From the human T2T-CHM13v2.0 reference genome, Homo sapiens: 64,000 bases of DNA. This document shows positions 26,221 through 41,400 of the stretch, piece after piece (within the stretch, counting starts at the first letter, position 1; each line of letters opens with the position of its first letter). The notes under the pieces were generated by a model. It was not told the origin of the DNA. It did no database searches and saw nothing but the letters and a program-made list of their open reading frames with translations. The DNA lies in assembly GCA_009914755.4 (NCBI GenBank), contig CP068257.2, positions 12,672,001 through 12,736,000 on the forward strand, read 5' to 3'. The translations under genes and the position numbers were made by a program.

Positions 26221-28472
26221 AGTATGAGAAAAAAAAAGAGGTAAGCACTCCTAAATAATCAATAAATGGATTGGATGCAGGAGTAAGACATTGTAATGTA
26301 CCATAAATTGACATTAAAAAAAATGTTAAGCAAACCTGCATTTCCAAATTCATATGATATTCAGTGTTTCAATGAAATTAAAACCAAAATTGCTACAAAG
26401 TGGCCTATTATTTTATATATCATTAAAATAGAAATAAAAATACTTCTAATTAAATTAGGATACACCCTAAATTATAAGATATATCCCTACTTCAATGAGT
26501 TATAAAAATGCAAGATGTTATCTTGTTTCTAAAAGGCGCAGTGATTTGTCCTCTACTGATGTATAGAGTAAAAAATTCAACTTGCAATTATAACTTTGTG
26601 GGGATTTTACAGTGATAAAAGTGTCTTAATATAGTCAACTCATAATTATTTAGATTCTGCACAATTCTAAATTAATTACATTTTATTGCTTGTACCTTTT
26701 GTTCTATTTACTCATCATTAGTATCTCTGTGAATGGGAAGGGAGAGGAGAATAAATCAGTCTGTTTTGTTCCCTCTAACTGTAATTTGGGAGGGTGAAGA
26801 GTTATTTCAACTATTGACAGAGTATAATATTTAAGTTTCTAAAATATTTTACTCATCTGGATTACTTCTGCTTCCAATTCTATTAATTAACAGGGCAGAT
26901 AACAAAGATGACTTGAATTTCTGTTCCTTCTTCAATCCACCTAGGAAGCTATCTTTCTTTTTTATCTTGTAACTCTTCCTCTTTTGCTCATGAATCTGAG
27001 GAACAGGTACCTCCTCCAAAGAAAAATCTAACATTTCCCATTGCATCTTTGGTAATATTTCTTCCTGTCTTCTCTCAGATCTTACTCCATTAACCACCTC
27101 TTCTAATTCGCACTCCCTTGCAGTTCCTCTCAGCCTGTAACTAAGCCAAAATATTTTCTACATTCTCCAACTCCTACCTGAACTTTGAATTTTCCTCTGG
27201 ATTTTTCCCCAGGTCTTGTCTTTCCTTCTCAAAGAAATTTCATGAAAGATTAGTCTACCTTCACAATCTTCAGTTACCAATATTCAACTTGTTCAGTCTG
27301 TCATCTCATGGCTAATATCAAATATTATTTTTCTATATTTTCTAAATTTTTTATCATAAAATATATTTCTTTCACATTAGAAAAAGATGATAAAAATATG
27401 TGTGTACACACATTTAAACAAACAAAAATCTTTGTGTACTTTGACGCAAGTTGTGACAAATACTGCTACAAAAACTCTTGATGTGGAAGGATAAATGTGT
27501 TCAAATAACCTTATTCAGCCCTCTACACCTGTTTCTCTGCTTTCCATTACAGAAAAATTCTTTTGCAAAGTTGCCTGTACTTGCTTTTCTATTTCATTTT
27601 CTCTGATTCATTTCTGGACGCTCGCCAAATAGGCTTTTGATCCCACTATTGCACTGAAACTTGACTCATGAAAATCACAGCAGGTTCTTTCTCAGTCCTC
27701 ACTTTACCTGATCTATCATTTGATGTTAGCCGTCACTCTCTTTCCCATGAAACACTTTACCTCACTGCCCAGGCATCACACATTCTTGTGTGTTCTTTTA
27801 CCTCGTGCTTCCTCCAGTATTCACACAGGCCCCTGTCTTAGGTCTTGGGCACAACTAATTAGATCCAATTAGTCATTAAACCCTTTGCCTAGAATGTTCT
27901 TCCATTGGTATCCACCTAGCATTTTCTCTGACCACAGTCAGCAAAGCCTTTCCTAACTACCCTTCTTTAAATGACACCTCCTCCTTTTCCCAACCCTGGC
28001 TGTTTCTTGTCTTACAAAGCTTTATTATCATCCAGCATGGCTGCATATGTTATATGGTTCTTTTTGTCTGTCCCCACTACACCCCACAAGGGAAATAATT
28101 TTTATCTGTTTTTCTCACTGCGGAACCTCCAGCGACTAAAATAGTGACTGACACAGCAAACCTTTGAGGAATGAATGAATGACAAGCTGTCCTTATCTCA
28201 GCTAAAATTTCAAGTTATTTTTTCTTAATAACTTGATAAGAGATGAGAAGTCTTGCTACCTCAAAATATTTATTTCTAATATTTTCTTATAACTAGATAA
28301 GTTTCAGGTTGGTAACATTTAAAACTATTTTCAGAAAATCATAATATCCACAAATGTCTTTCATCATTTATATTCACTTTTGTTACCTGCATAAGAATTA
28401 TTTTGGGGGTAGGGATTTTTTAATTATAATTGTTGTTTAAAGTATTTATTTTTTGTTTGTTTTTGTTTTAAG

Positions 28473-28616
28473 TCACCTTGGATAATGTCTAGAAGACCTC
28501 CATTACAATGGCCCAATAAAGGTATAGTGGAATTTATTAATTATCAGGCTCGATACCAAGATGATCTTGGTTTAGCGTTGCAAGATATCACTTTCCAGAC
28601 TCATGGGGAAGAGAAG
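28473..28616 (+). CDS. ABCC13: ABCC13 exon G: SPWIMSRRPPLQWPNKGIVEFINYQARYQDDLGLALQDITFQTHGEEK
   Basis: Acceptor ttttgttttaag|TCA, donor GAGAAG|gtatca. 144 nt, phase 0 at both ends. Aligns to MRP1 [49 protein letters not shown]. Confidence 0.8.
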
Positions 28617-29891
28617 GTATCATATATATTTCATATGTTTGGTTTCCCTTTTATCTGAATGCATTCATTGTTGAGTATAATATGATATTGAATATAAGGT
28701 GGTCTTTTGTTACACAAAAGTAATAAAGACATGTGGTTGGTGTGTACTGAATAAGTTTTCCCTCTATAAAAAATACATTTCTTAATTAAATTGCTCATAT
28801 ACTACTGTGAAACATAACTTTGGTGTACTTAGTTTTTACTTCCTCTATAAAATGAATTGCAACAATAAGTAAATCGTTACCCCAAACACAATAAATCCAT
28901 ATGTTTGACTATTTGTATACTCAAAGACATCATGTTTTCCAAAACCGTTAAAAAGATGGGAAAATGCTTGAAATGCACTTTAGTTAACACAAGCAACTTA
29001 CAAAACTGTCGATAGTATATGATATTAGTTTTATGTTTTAAAAAGCAAACAGAGACATTAGCAAAAATATTTTTGGAGCAGAAATATTTTTGGAACAGAC
29101 AAATCATTCTGAAATTTTCATTACCCCAATGAATTAAACAGATTTCTGTTTTTTCTGATGCATTTTGTTAGACTTAAGATTTTATATTAGGGTAAACCAA
29201 CCACTTTAATATTCTATCTGCCTAACATTCCTATTAATACCAAGACACAAATCAGCAACCAGAAGATATTGCTCTTTAGTTCTCATGGTCATAGGGAAAT
29301 GTTTAATCACTGGGATGTTTAGGACAAAATGATTATTTTGGCCAGGAGTCAAAATCCTTAAACACTATTTTTGGCTGCCCATAATAGTTTTAATGCAGAG
29401 TTCCTTTGATATACTAGGGAAATTTACAGATATTCCTTTGGATTTTCTAGTCTATCTGGCAAAAGATTCCAGTGCCCTATTTGTTTCTTTGCTTGTTTCA
29501 ATGAAGGGAAGACAGAGAAAATCTGTTTTCTGAAAATCTCAATAAAACCATTCATTATCATTGCTTCTTTTGCCCTAAACTTTAATGGGTAGTTCAGGGG
29601 TGGTTCAGGAATGATCTGTTTTTCCTGGGTCTGCTGGGGATCTTTGGTGAGGAAGCAACTAAATTACTCAGAGCTAAAGGAAAAACACAGATTAGTCAGA
29701 GCCTTTCCAGCAAGTAAAGAGTATTTGGATAAAGACTGGTCCTTAGAAGTCACCTGACATCTTCCACGCCCATCAAGGTTAGTCTTGCTGACAAAATTGG
29801 ATCCCACTGACCTGACACCTAATACATTTGTTGCCAGTGCAAAGGCCTTGTTTCCTTACAAAAAGTAGAGTTTGTGATTATTTCATTACAG

Positions 29892-30051
29892 ATTGGAATT
29901 GTGGGCAGGACTGGAGCAGGCAAATCCACACTATCAAATTGCTTATTTAGAAGTTGTGGAGAGAGCAGGAGGCGAAATTATTATTGACGGAATTGATGTA
30001 TCAACTATTGGACTTCATGACCTTCATGGCAAACTTAATATTATTCCACAG
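29892..30051 (+). pseudogene. ABCC13: ABCC13 exon H (NBD2 Walker A) carrying a 1-nt frameshift. [20 protein letters not shown] is followed after an extra nt near 29952 by [33 protein letters not shown]
   Basis: Acceptor tttcattacag|ATTGGA, donor CCACAG|gtaaag. The exon is 160 nt where 159 is expected. The upstream part is in frame with exon G and the downstream part is in frame +1. Staying in frame 0 hits TGA at about 29985. Aligns to MRP1 [53 protein letters not shown]. Confidence 0.8.
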
Positions 30052-30560
30052 GTAAAGCCTATGTTGCCATAGGCTTTCTTAACCCACTCCAAGTAAATCT
30101 GTTGTCTTTCTTTTTAAAAATCTGTTCCTTCCAAGTCTATAAATTCATTGTTTGAAGCCATATCATTTTAAATGGAATATATGAAAAACTGCTATGTAAT
30201 TGAATCCTCTTTAAACACCCTTATCATAAAGCATTCTTCCTAAGAGCATTTATCTATTTGAAAAACCAGTTCATCTTTTTGATAAAATTTCCTTCATAAT
30301 AGTAAGTGCAAATAAAATTCAAATAAATAGATCAGACTGAAACACATTGATTTTTTTTGAAGAAAATATTACTGAAGTTTTTGCTTAGTTGTTAGAGTGT
30401 AGAATTTTGACTCTTTTTCACTTGAAGTTTAGAAACATTAAAAAAAGAACAGTAATTCAGTTAGTTCTCTTTTCTCAAGTCCTTTGATTTTTCCATCTGT
30501 GGAATCAAAGGAACTTGATCATTAAGGGGCATGCAAACTAGCTTAAAAATATGCCTCTTA

Positions 30561-30881
<321 letters not shown>

Positions 30882-31528
30882 ATCATTGTACTGTCTTCTA
30901 AAAATCTATTAAAATACTCATTTTAATATATTAAAATGTCATATTGTTTAGACGTATACTTGTATTCATGCATTTACTTCAAAACAAATTTGAGTAAAAT
31001 CTGGAATTCTGGAAGGGAAAAAAATTAGTGGAAAAAAAGAGACATCAGTTGTTCCTCTCTTATAGATAGAGTAAAATATAGTGTCACTAGGCATCTTGGT
31101 GTAGCATAAAGAAAATGAACTCAATCCTCTTCGAATTCTCTTCAACCACTAACTTACCTTCGTGTGGTGTAGACAAGAACTCTTTGGAACCTCCAGCTCA
31201 CTTTCTGTAAAATAAGAATACTAACTTCTATCTTTCTGAGTTGGTATACTGATTGATAATATATACATACTATATTTCATATTTATTATATGTTATATTA
31301 TATCCTTGACTACACGGCAGTAATTGTCATCATTATTTCAGTACTCATTATTATTTTCAATAATAGGAAGAGGAGAAAGAAAATCAGGAGACTTATGATG
31401 ACAATATGAATTTTAGTTTATTCTGACTCTCTTCTGTTTTTGTTGTAAATATAAAATGAATTTGATGACTGTATTAGGTCTGATAATTTTGCTTTCTCCT
31501 GCTTTGTTTTCTGAGTCTGATTTTTTAA

Positions 31529-31897
<369 letters not shown>

Positions 31898-32747
31898 TAA
31901 ATTGGTAGCTCTAGGCTGGGAAACCACTGACTAAGAGAAAGGAAAGAAAAAAAAAGAGCAATGCCCTATGAAAAGTCACTATTTAATTGAATCTTCTTTT
32001 GTCAAGACTACTACTCTAAAAGCCTTGTTCCTAAAAAATGTAAGGGGCTACTTTGCCTTCACCATTGTTTGTTGCCTTACGATAGCCCACTTCATGTGAT
32101 CAGAGACCCCAGAAAAGTGAGCTAGATCCCTGTAATGGCCTGCGTGGCAAGACTCCCACCACCCCTTCTTTGATCACTTTCTCCCTACCCCTCTGTGTTT
32201 CTGCGACATTGGCCTCCATGCTGTGTCATGAGTTTGCCAGGCCAATTCACGCCTACCACAGGGATTTTACATCTGCTATTTCCTTTACCTGGAACAAGTT
32301 TTTACTGGAAATCTGTAAGCCTCACTCTCCATGTCCTTCAGTTCTTGCCTTAAAATTCTCCAGAGGATTTCTTTGGCACACCCATCTAACATGCCCATCC
32401 CACATCTACACTTTATACCCCACTTCTGTGTGTTTGAATTCTTAACACTTATTATATACATATTATCCATGGAATTACTGCATATAATGTTGCACCGTAC
32501 TCATATACCCCTCCTACTATGCTTTTTACTCAATTATCTTGCTTATTGTTTTCTGTGTCCCCATGAGAATGTATCTGCTACACAGAGATTTTTGTCTGTT
32601 TTGCTCATTGGTCTAAAGTCTGGCACTCCCTCAAGAGATATTTTTTGAATAAAAGAACAAATGAAGTTGTGGGTCAGAAAAAGAATGAATAGCAGTATCA
32701 TCAGAATTTTAAGCCATGAAGTGTGTTACCATGAAGTCCATTGTTGA

Positions 32748-33155
<408 letters not shown>

Positions 33156-33393
33156 TAGAAAACTTGATATAGATAATGATATATATAGAAGGTATTTTCC
33201 AAAATAATTGGAAGAAAAAGTTAAAGGTAAAAGAATAATTACTAGAGAACTTGATATAGTTCCTGAATTAACTAGCACCTATATTTTGTACTGAAATAAC
33301 TCATAGAATAGTTTAAACTTTATATTAGCAGGACCAATAAAATGTGAGGTGGAAGACTGTATGTTATCTGACACTATTCTTTTCACATTTCAG

Positions 33394-33544
33394 GGTGCAT
33401 GTTCTAGACTCAGGAAGCATTGTGGAATTCGAAGCGCCTCAGAATTTGATACGTCAGAAAGGACTTTTCTATGAAATGACAACGGATGCTGGAATAACAC
33501 AAGACTCAGTGACAAAAAAACAAATTACTTTAGCTGTATGTTAA
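33394..33544 (+). CDS. ABCC13: ABCC13 terminal coding exon K: (K)VHVLDSGSIVEFEAPQNLIRQKGLFYEMTTDAGITQDSVTKKQITLAVC*
   Basis: Acceptor tttcacatttcag|G, stop TAA at 33542-33544. Aligns to MRP1 [35 protein letters not shown] with a C-terminal extension of about 13 aa. Confidence 0.85.
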
Positions 33545-33631
33545 TTTGCCTAGTAAAAAAACACTACAGTGCATTAGTATTTAAAAAGCAAAGACAGAAG
33601 AGAAATGCACAAGGGCAGGCCGCTGCTATGA

Positions 33632-34018
<387 letters not shown>

Positions 34019-34412
34019 TAGATTTCCCTCTTCCGTTCGTGCTTACCTTGTTCACATTGGCCAAAATGCCAAATGCCACTTGTCCTTTAAGTCCCTGACT
34101 TCTCTTGGGAGTTCCCTTCTCAATGTGTCCCCCGATCTTCCCCTCTGCCCTCCAGTGTGATCTAGACGCCCCTTTTCTGTGCTTTCATTAGCCCCATGTG
34201 CATACCTTTATCATGGCAGGGCTCATACTCCATTTTAAAGTCTGCTTTCCCCTTGAAGGCAAGTGCCCAGTTTTAATCATCCTTGTATGTTATGTTCCTA
34301 GCATAGTTCCTTTCACATAACTGATGCCGAGCAAATGTTTGCAGAATGAATAGCTAGACATTTTAGAGTACTATAAGTACTTATTTATATATAAATGGAT
34401 GTGGGCTGGGCA

Positions 34413-34708
34413 CTGTGGCACACACTCATAATCCCAGCATTTAGGGAGGCCGAGGTGAAAGTAAAGCTTGAAGCCAGGAACTTGAGACCAGCGTGGGCAA
34501 CAAAGCAAGATCCTGTCTCTACAAAAAGTAAGTAAATATAATGAAAAAAATGAGATGGGCATGATAGTGCATACCTGTAATCCCAGCTACTCAGGAGGCT
34601 GAGGTGGGAATATTGCTTGAGCCCAGGAGTTCAAGTTTGCAGTGAGGTATGATACACGATAGCACTCCAGCTTGGGTGACAGACACCCCATCTTTCAAAA
34701 AAAATGAA
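34413..34708 (+). mobile_element. Older Alu (AluJ-like, diverged), + orientation
   Basis: ggctgggcactgtggcacacactcataatcccagcatttagggaggccgaggtg…gcatacctgtaatcccagctactcaggaggctgaggtgggaatattgcttgagcccaggagttcaag. Confidence 0.8.
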
Positions 34709-37119
34709 AACAAATAAGTTTTACAAATATATTTTGAGCTATTGTGTAATTTATGAAATGATGAAGAAATCACAGAAAAAAATAAGCTAGTCAGCTGCTT
34801 TTTGGAAAGAGTAATTATATATTAACAGAATTTTATAATTGTTTATAATGTTTTATATTTTTACTATTTACCTTTGAGTGAAGAAAAAACCTAATATTTT
34901 CTTTGGAACATTATTTTTTGGTTAATATATATACCTCAGTGAGATATTTTATTACATTTATGAGAGGATTGTTGATTTGTAGTCCTAATCAGATTTTGAA
35001 GGGCTTTTTCTTTAGTAGCTTTATTTAAAGGAAGCAACATTATGTCTCTGAATTGCCCTTCAAATTTAAAGTCTTTAAACTTCAATAGGATTTTCTTTCA
35101 AGAAGATATTAATAAAATAGTTTAACATGTTCTTTAAAGCCCATCAACCATTTCTTTTGTCCTCCTTTCTTCCTCTGTATGCAGCCCTGTACAACCTTGC
35201 TCTATTTCCTAAGGGTATTTATGAAAAGTTGCCTTAAACTAGAAAACTTGTATTATCTAAAGTCTCCTCCCTTAAGGATGTAAGCTACTTGAAGTGTTGT
35301 CCTGTCTTTACAATCCCTGAAGTGCTTTGTAAACATTGAATAAATAGCTGTTGAATTCTATTAAGAAAGGAATCAAAATATTTCATTCATATGAGTTAAA
35401 AGATGTTTTAGCTCCCTACTCCTATAATTTTAGTAAATCAGAGAAGCTGAATAATTTTAAAATCTAATGGGAAATCAACAGTAACCTGGATAAATTGTGG
35501 TATATTCACATAATAGAATACTATCTAGCTAATAGAATGAAGGTACAACAGCTACTGTGTACATTAGGCAATTTGATGAATCTCACAAAGAATGTTGAGT
35601 GAAATAGCCACAAAAGAATATTGCTATATGACTCCATGATTCTAATTATATAATTTTTTTAAAAGAAAAATTAATTTATACTATTAGAAGTTGGGATACT
35701 GGTTATCCTTGGTGGGGAGGGTTATAATAAGGTACACAAGGTAGACTTCTGGATTAATGGTAGCATTTTGTTTCTTGAAGTGAATCTGAGCACTCATTCA
35801 GTTTGTGAATGTTCATCAATCTGCATATTTAGAATACGGGTAGTTTTCTGCATATATATACAGATATACATTATCTTCATATGTAATACAGAGTAAAAGA
35901 AAAGCAAAAGTAAAAAACACAAAAAGTGACTAAATCAAAGTTATTCAAAGATAATTTTATTGTTTTAAGAAATTAATATTTTATTCTTATTTCAATTATG
36001 TACATAAAGCTTGATCAATTATTGATGTACACTAGAAGCAAAGTACAAAGCACTCAAAATGATTGGATTACAGAGAGGTAGCACGTTTGTAATAAAAAAG
36101 ATTATTCCATGATTGTATGATTTGTTTAAAGATTATAACTTCAAAATAGATTCATAAAATAATGATAAATTTCAATAGACAAAATATTTACCATAGCTGA
36201 TAGAGAAAAATCCTATGTAACATTAAGTTGCTTTCTTTGAGGATAATGAGAATGTTCATTATTGAAAGCCCACAATGTGCCAGGTAATGTGCAATATATT
36301 TGGAACATGTGTCACTTTCAATTCTCACTAAATAATATAAGAAAGGAATTATCTGCTCTATTTTACCAAATATGATATTAAGATTCCAAGAGGAGCTGGA
36401 ATCTAGGTTTACGTGACTACATAGCTGATGATGCTCTTTCTACTTCTCTACCAAGATGTCTCATTCCAGAGGAAACACTAAAAAATAGTCTGTAGTTCGA
36501 AAAACTTCCAAAATCTTTTAAAAAACAGGATTTTAAACCAGTATCTTTGTAAGCATATTAAATAAAATCAAAGCTTGTGGTGGGGGTGGGATCCATGCCT
36601 CTTTAAATATAGCATTAGGTTGGACCATATAAAATAGTCATTTCTGTAGGTCAAAAAATGGCTGAGTAATGGCAATTTCATTTACTTCTAAACATAGCCT
36701 TGATACAGAAGGGTTTAGAAAACTTAATGTTGCATTTTAATATGCATATAAATAGTGAATAGTTCTACCTGATCTAAAGGGACTTTCTTTTAAAAGAAAA
36801 TTTAAAAGCTAGAATGCAAAAACATAGTAAATAAGAGTTCAGGATCTCAAGACAGGATACCTATGTGAAATCCCAACTCAACCACTTAATAGTTGTATAA
36901 ACTTGAGTAAGTTAACATATTTCTCTGTGTTTATTTGGGAGTCATAATTTTATTTACCTCCTAAGTATGCTTTGGAAATTAAATCATGGAATACATGTAA
37001 TCACTTAAGACAGTGTCTAGCATATAAAAAACATTGAATAACATATTGGCTATTATTTAAACACCAACACTCATTGTTCCTTATAACCGTAGTCTCATAT
37101 TTACAAAATCACATCATAG

Positions 37120-37702
<583 letters not shown>

Positions 37703-39899
37703 GGACACACTCTTTAGTAAATAAAAACTGCAAAAAGTTTATAAAAGCCTATTTTATACACAGCAACCTTGGGATAACTGGAGACTCAAAGAAGATATAG
37801 GCCTCCGTGATGCCTAATATTATCTCAGTGAGATCAAGCAAATATGAGGAGGCAGCAGTTAGGAGCTTCTTCTAGCTCCTTCTAGTTCTCCTTTCCTACT
37901 TTCCTGGATGCAAGCAGATCATTTTTAAATACAGGAAGTAAGAACTTCTGGCTGTACTGTTATCGACATGTCACTAAATCTTCTTATGAAAAGGAAGGCT
38001 ATTGGTAGTTCAAGTGTCTGCTATGCTGCTGAGTTAATGGGCCGAGGTAATGGGTCTGAACCATATAAAGAATTACTGGCTTCTGGATGATTGCTATCCA
38101 GGTAACCCAGGTTTCTCACTAGTTATTTTCAGAATGCCCAGTCTGAGCTTAGTTATCATTGTTGCCCAAAGGTAGTAACCTTTTGTTTATCTCAATAATG
38201 CTGCAAAAAGAGAAAAGGAATAGGCGTACAAGGAGAACGTAAAATAGATCATAAATAGAAAATTATTTTTGATAAATTTGCTTCAAACATTTAGAAAGAA
38301 AATAACACATATGCATTTTTTTGTGTGCCAAGGAAAGTGACATAGGATCAGTTTTTGAATTCATGTTTAAACAACTCAGATCTTCATTAATGCGCTTGTG
38401 GTGACTGGTTTATGGCCTTTTTAAACTCTGATGTACACAGTAGAAATAATGTGGTGATCAAGATGAAGACTAAGATGAATGATTTAGAATGCAAGACAAT
38501 GGAGGGCAAAAGGAACTAGGCATAAATATGAGTACAGCTTCAGTCACCACTAATGCCCTGTGAACATCTGCTTCTGGCTTTCTGTCATGAGCATTTGTGC
38601 AACAATTTCCAGATTTTACAGAACATCTTACTGCTTGACCTATATTACCATATTGTTTATGATATTGGAGAGGTAACAAACAGGTATTATTAGTCATGAT
38701 ACATAAGGTCTTAAAAAGTGTTGTTTCATATATTCTGTTTGACTTTTTAGTTAATACAGGCAGGAGGAAAATCAGTTTTCTTTTATTCCATCTTGGGCAG
38801 AAGCAGAAGTCCAACAAAGGACAATGTGACCAAATGTTTAACTACGTAAGGGTCATAAATTGAAAAGTACAAGTATGAAAAGAAGTAAAACAAGAAGCGT
38901 AAACAACCACACGGCTTATTGTTCTCAGGTAGAAGGAAGTCCCAAAATAGAGAGTACAAAGTTGGTTAAGGTGGCTCCATATCACCTGGGCTGTACCTAT
39001 CTTTGTTTCAAACATCCATAGCATGTTTGTTGCTTAGCAGTTGCAAACCCCTTGCTATCTCCAGTATCATGTCTGCATTCCAAGAAGGAGAAATGAATGG
39101 TGAGCAGATATTTGTACAATCCAGATGTATAAATTTAAAAAAAGCCCGAGTTTATACCTAGTGATTTATGCTTATATCTCATTGGCCAGAATTATGTCAT
39201 AGAGCCATCCCTAGCTGCAAGGGAAGTTGGAAAATATAGTTTTTGAAGTAGGGATATTGCTGCTCCAAATAAAAGTGGGGTCCAGAAGTAAGCATGAATA
39301 GAATAAATATTGTGATAGCATTTAGCAGGATCTGCAACAACTACTCAAAGAACTTTTCAATCATGTCAAAATTATCTTATTAGTTTAGCAACTTGGGAGA
39401 CAGAGGAAGGGTATTGATTACACCTAATAATTGAGACCCAGTTTCCAGTTTCCAACAGTCCATGTTAAGTAATTTAAGGTGAATGAACTCTTAACAGAAA
39501 AAAAATGTGTTTTTATCATATTAGCTTTACATACATACACATACACATACACACATATATATGTATACATATAATATATATAAAATAAGTTACAGAGTTA
39601 CAAGTGTTAGAGCATTTGAAATTTTTTAGGTATTTTAGGTAGGCCAATTAATAGGTAATTCAATGAGGTATCAAACAAACTGCATTTATTCCTGCTTTAA
39701 AATCCAAATAACTTAATGTGAGGCAAATCGTTTGTAATTCTTGTCAAAACAAAGCAAATGCTTTACCAAAGCAATTTTTTTTTCATAGTTTGTCAGAAGA
39801 ACTCTCAATAATTTACAGAAATTTTAGACCCATTGAATTAAGTTCTGATGATATTGGGGAATCTAACCTATTCGTGGCATCCTTAATAAACCCACATAA

Positions 39900-40215
<316 letters not shown>

Positions 40216-40849
40216 TCACTGAACTTTGTTCATTTCTGTATCTACCATATGTATTAATCGTTATCACTTTCTATGTGCCAGACACTTACAAAAACCAGGT
40301 GAAATAGGTGCTATTGATTTCATTTTGTATTTAAGAAATCTATACATTCTAAACCTGCTTGTTGAAAACGTAAAGGAATAACAAGCATAAATCTCCAATG
40401 TTAACATTAGCTGGTAAATAAGAGGTCTTACATGGATATTATCCAGGTTTGGTAACAGAACAGAAAAGGTACTATGGGATTGTATTCTGTAATGGGTAAG
40501 GCAGCACAGCACTGGGATTACAAGCATAGACTGGATTTGAATCCCGACTTTCTCACTTAATAGTTGTAATCCTGGGAAAACTGCCTAACACGTCTATGCC
40601 TTAATTTCCCTATTTGAAAATGCAGATAATAGTACCTACTCAAATGGTGGCTAGAACTAAACTAAATTGATTAGTATTAGTAAAGTTTTTAGAGCAGTGC
40701 CATAGTGAGAACTCTATTATCTGCTGTTGTGTAACAAATTAATCCAAAGTACTTTAAAAAAACAGAACTTTAAAATAACAGAAATGAATGATAATTCTTT
40801 GCCAAAACAAGAATTATGGAAGGCAAACTGTTTATAATTCTTGCCAAAA

Positions 40850-41400
40850 CAAGAATTAAGGTCTCTCATGAGGTGGATTCAACTAGTCAACTGTGGCTGC
40901 ATCATCTCAAGACTTACTAAGGCTGGAGGGTTCATTTCAAGAAGGCTGTCTCACATAGCTGGAAATTCGTGCCTCCTGTCAGTGGGGGGTACCTTTCTGC
41001 CTCCATGTGGCTCTCATCTTCTAGGGTGTCTTTCTACACCTGTATTCACCAGAACAGCCTTCTTCACATGGTCTTCTTTATGTGGCAGCTGGGATCCAAA
41101 AGAGAAAGCCAGCAAGAGGGTGCATCCAAGAAGGAAGCTGATCTTTTTTAAACCTAATTTCAGAAATGACATCCCAGCACTTCTGCCGTATTATTCATTA
41201 GCATTGAGTCATTATCTCTTGCCCAAATTCAAGAGAATAGGATTACCCAAGGATGTTAATTCCACAAGGTGGGATCATTGGGTCCCACATCAGAGGCTGC
41301 CTACCTCAGTGAGGCACTATCTGTTAATTAAGATAAATATGAAGTATTGCTGTATTTCCTCATATATTTGAGTCTCTCCAAGGTCAAGTATACCGTCATT
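40850..41400. repeat. Ancient LTR-like interspersed repeat (ERVL/MaLR-like, family uncertain). It contains the 176-aa ORF 40841-41371
   Basis: …ccatgtggctctcatcttctagggtgtctttctacacctgtattcaccagaacagccttcttcacatggtcttctttatgtggcagctgggatccaaaagagaaagccagcaag… resembles LTR consensus themes. No gene-like context. Confidence 0.35.

Noticed and set aside
40841-41371. 176-aa ORF on the + strand, the longest non-genic ORF
   Set aside because: It sits within an LTR-like ancient repeat. The composition is Cys/Ser/Leu-rich and typical of repeat read-through. It has no start context, no splice structure and no recognisable domain
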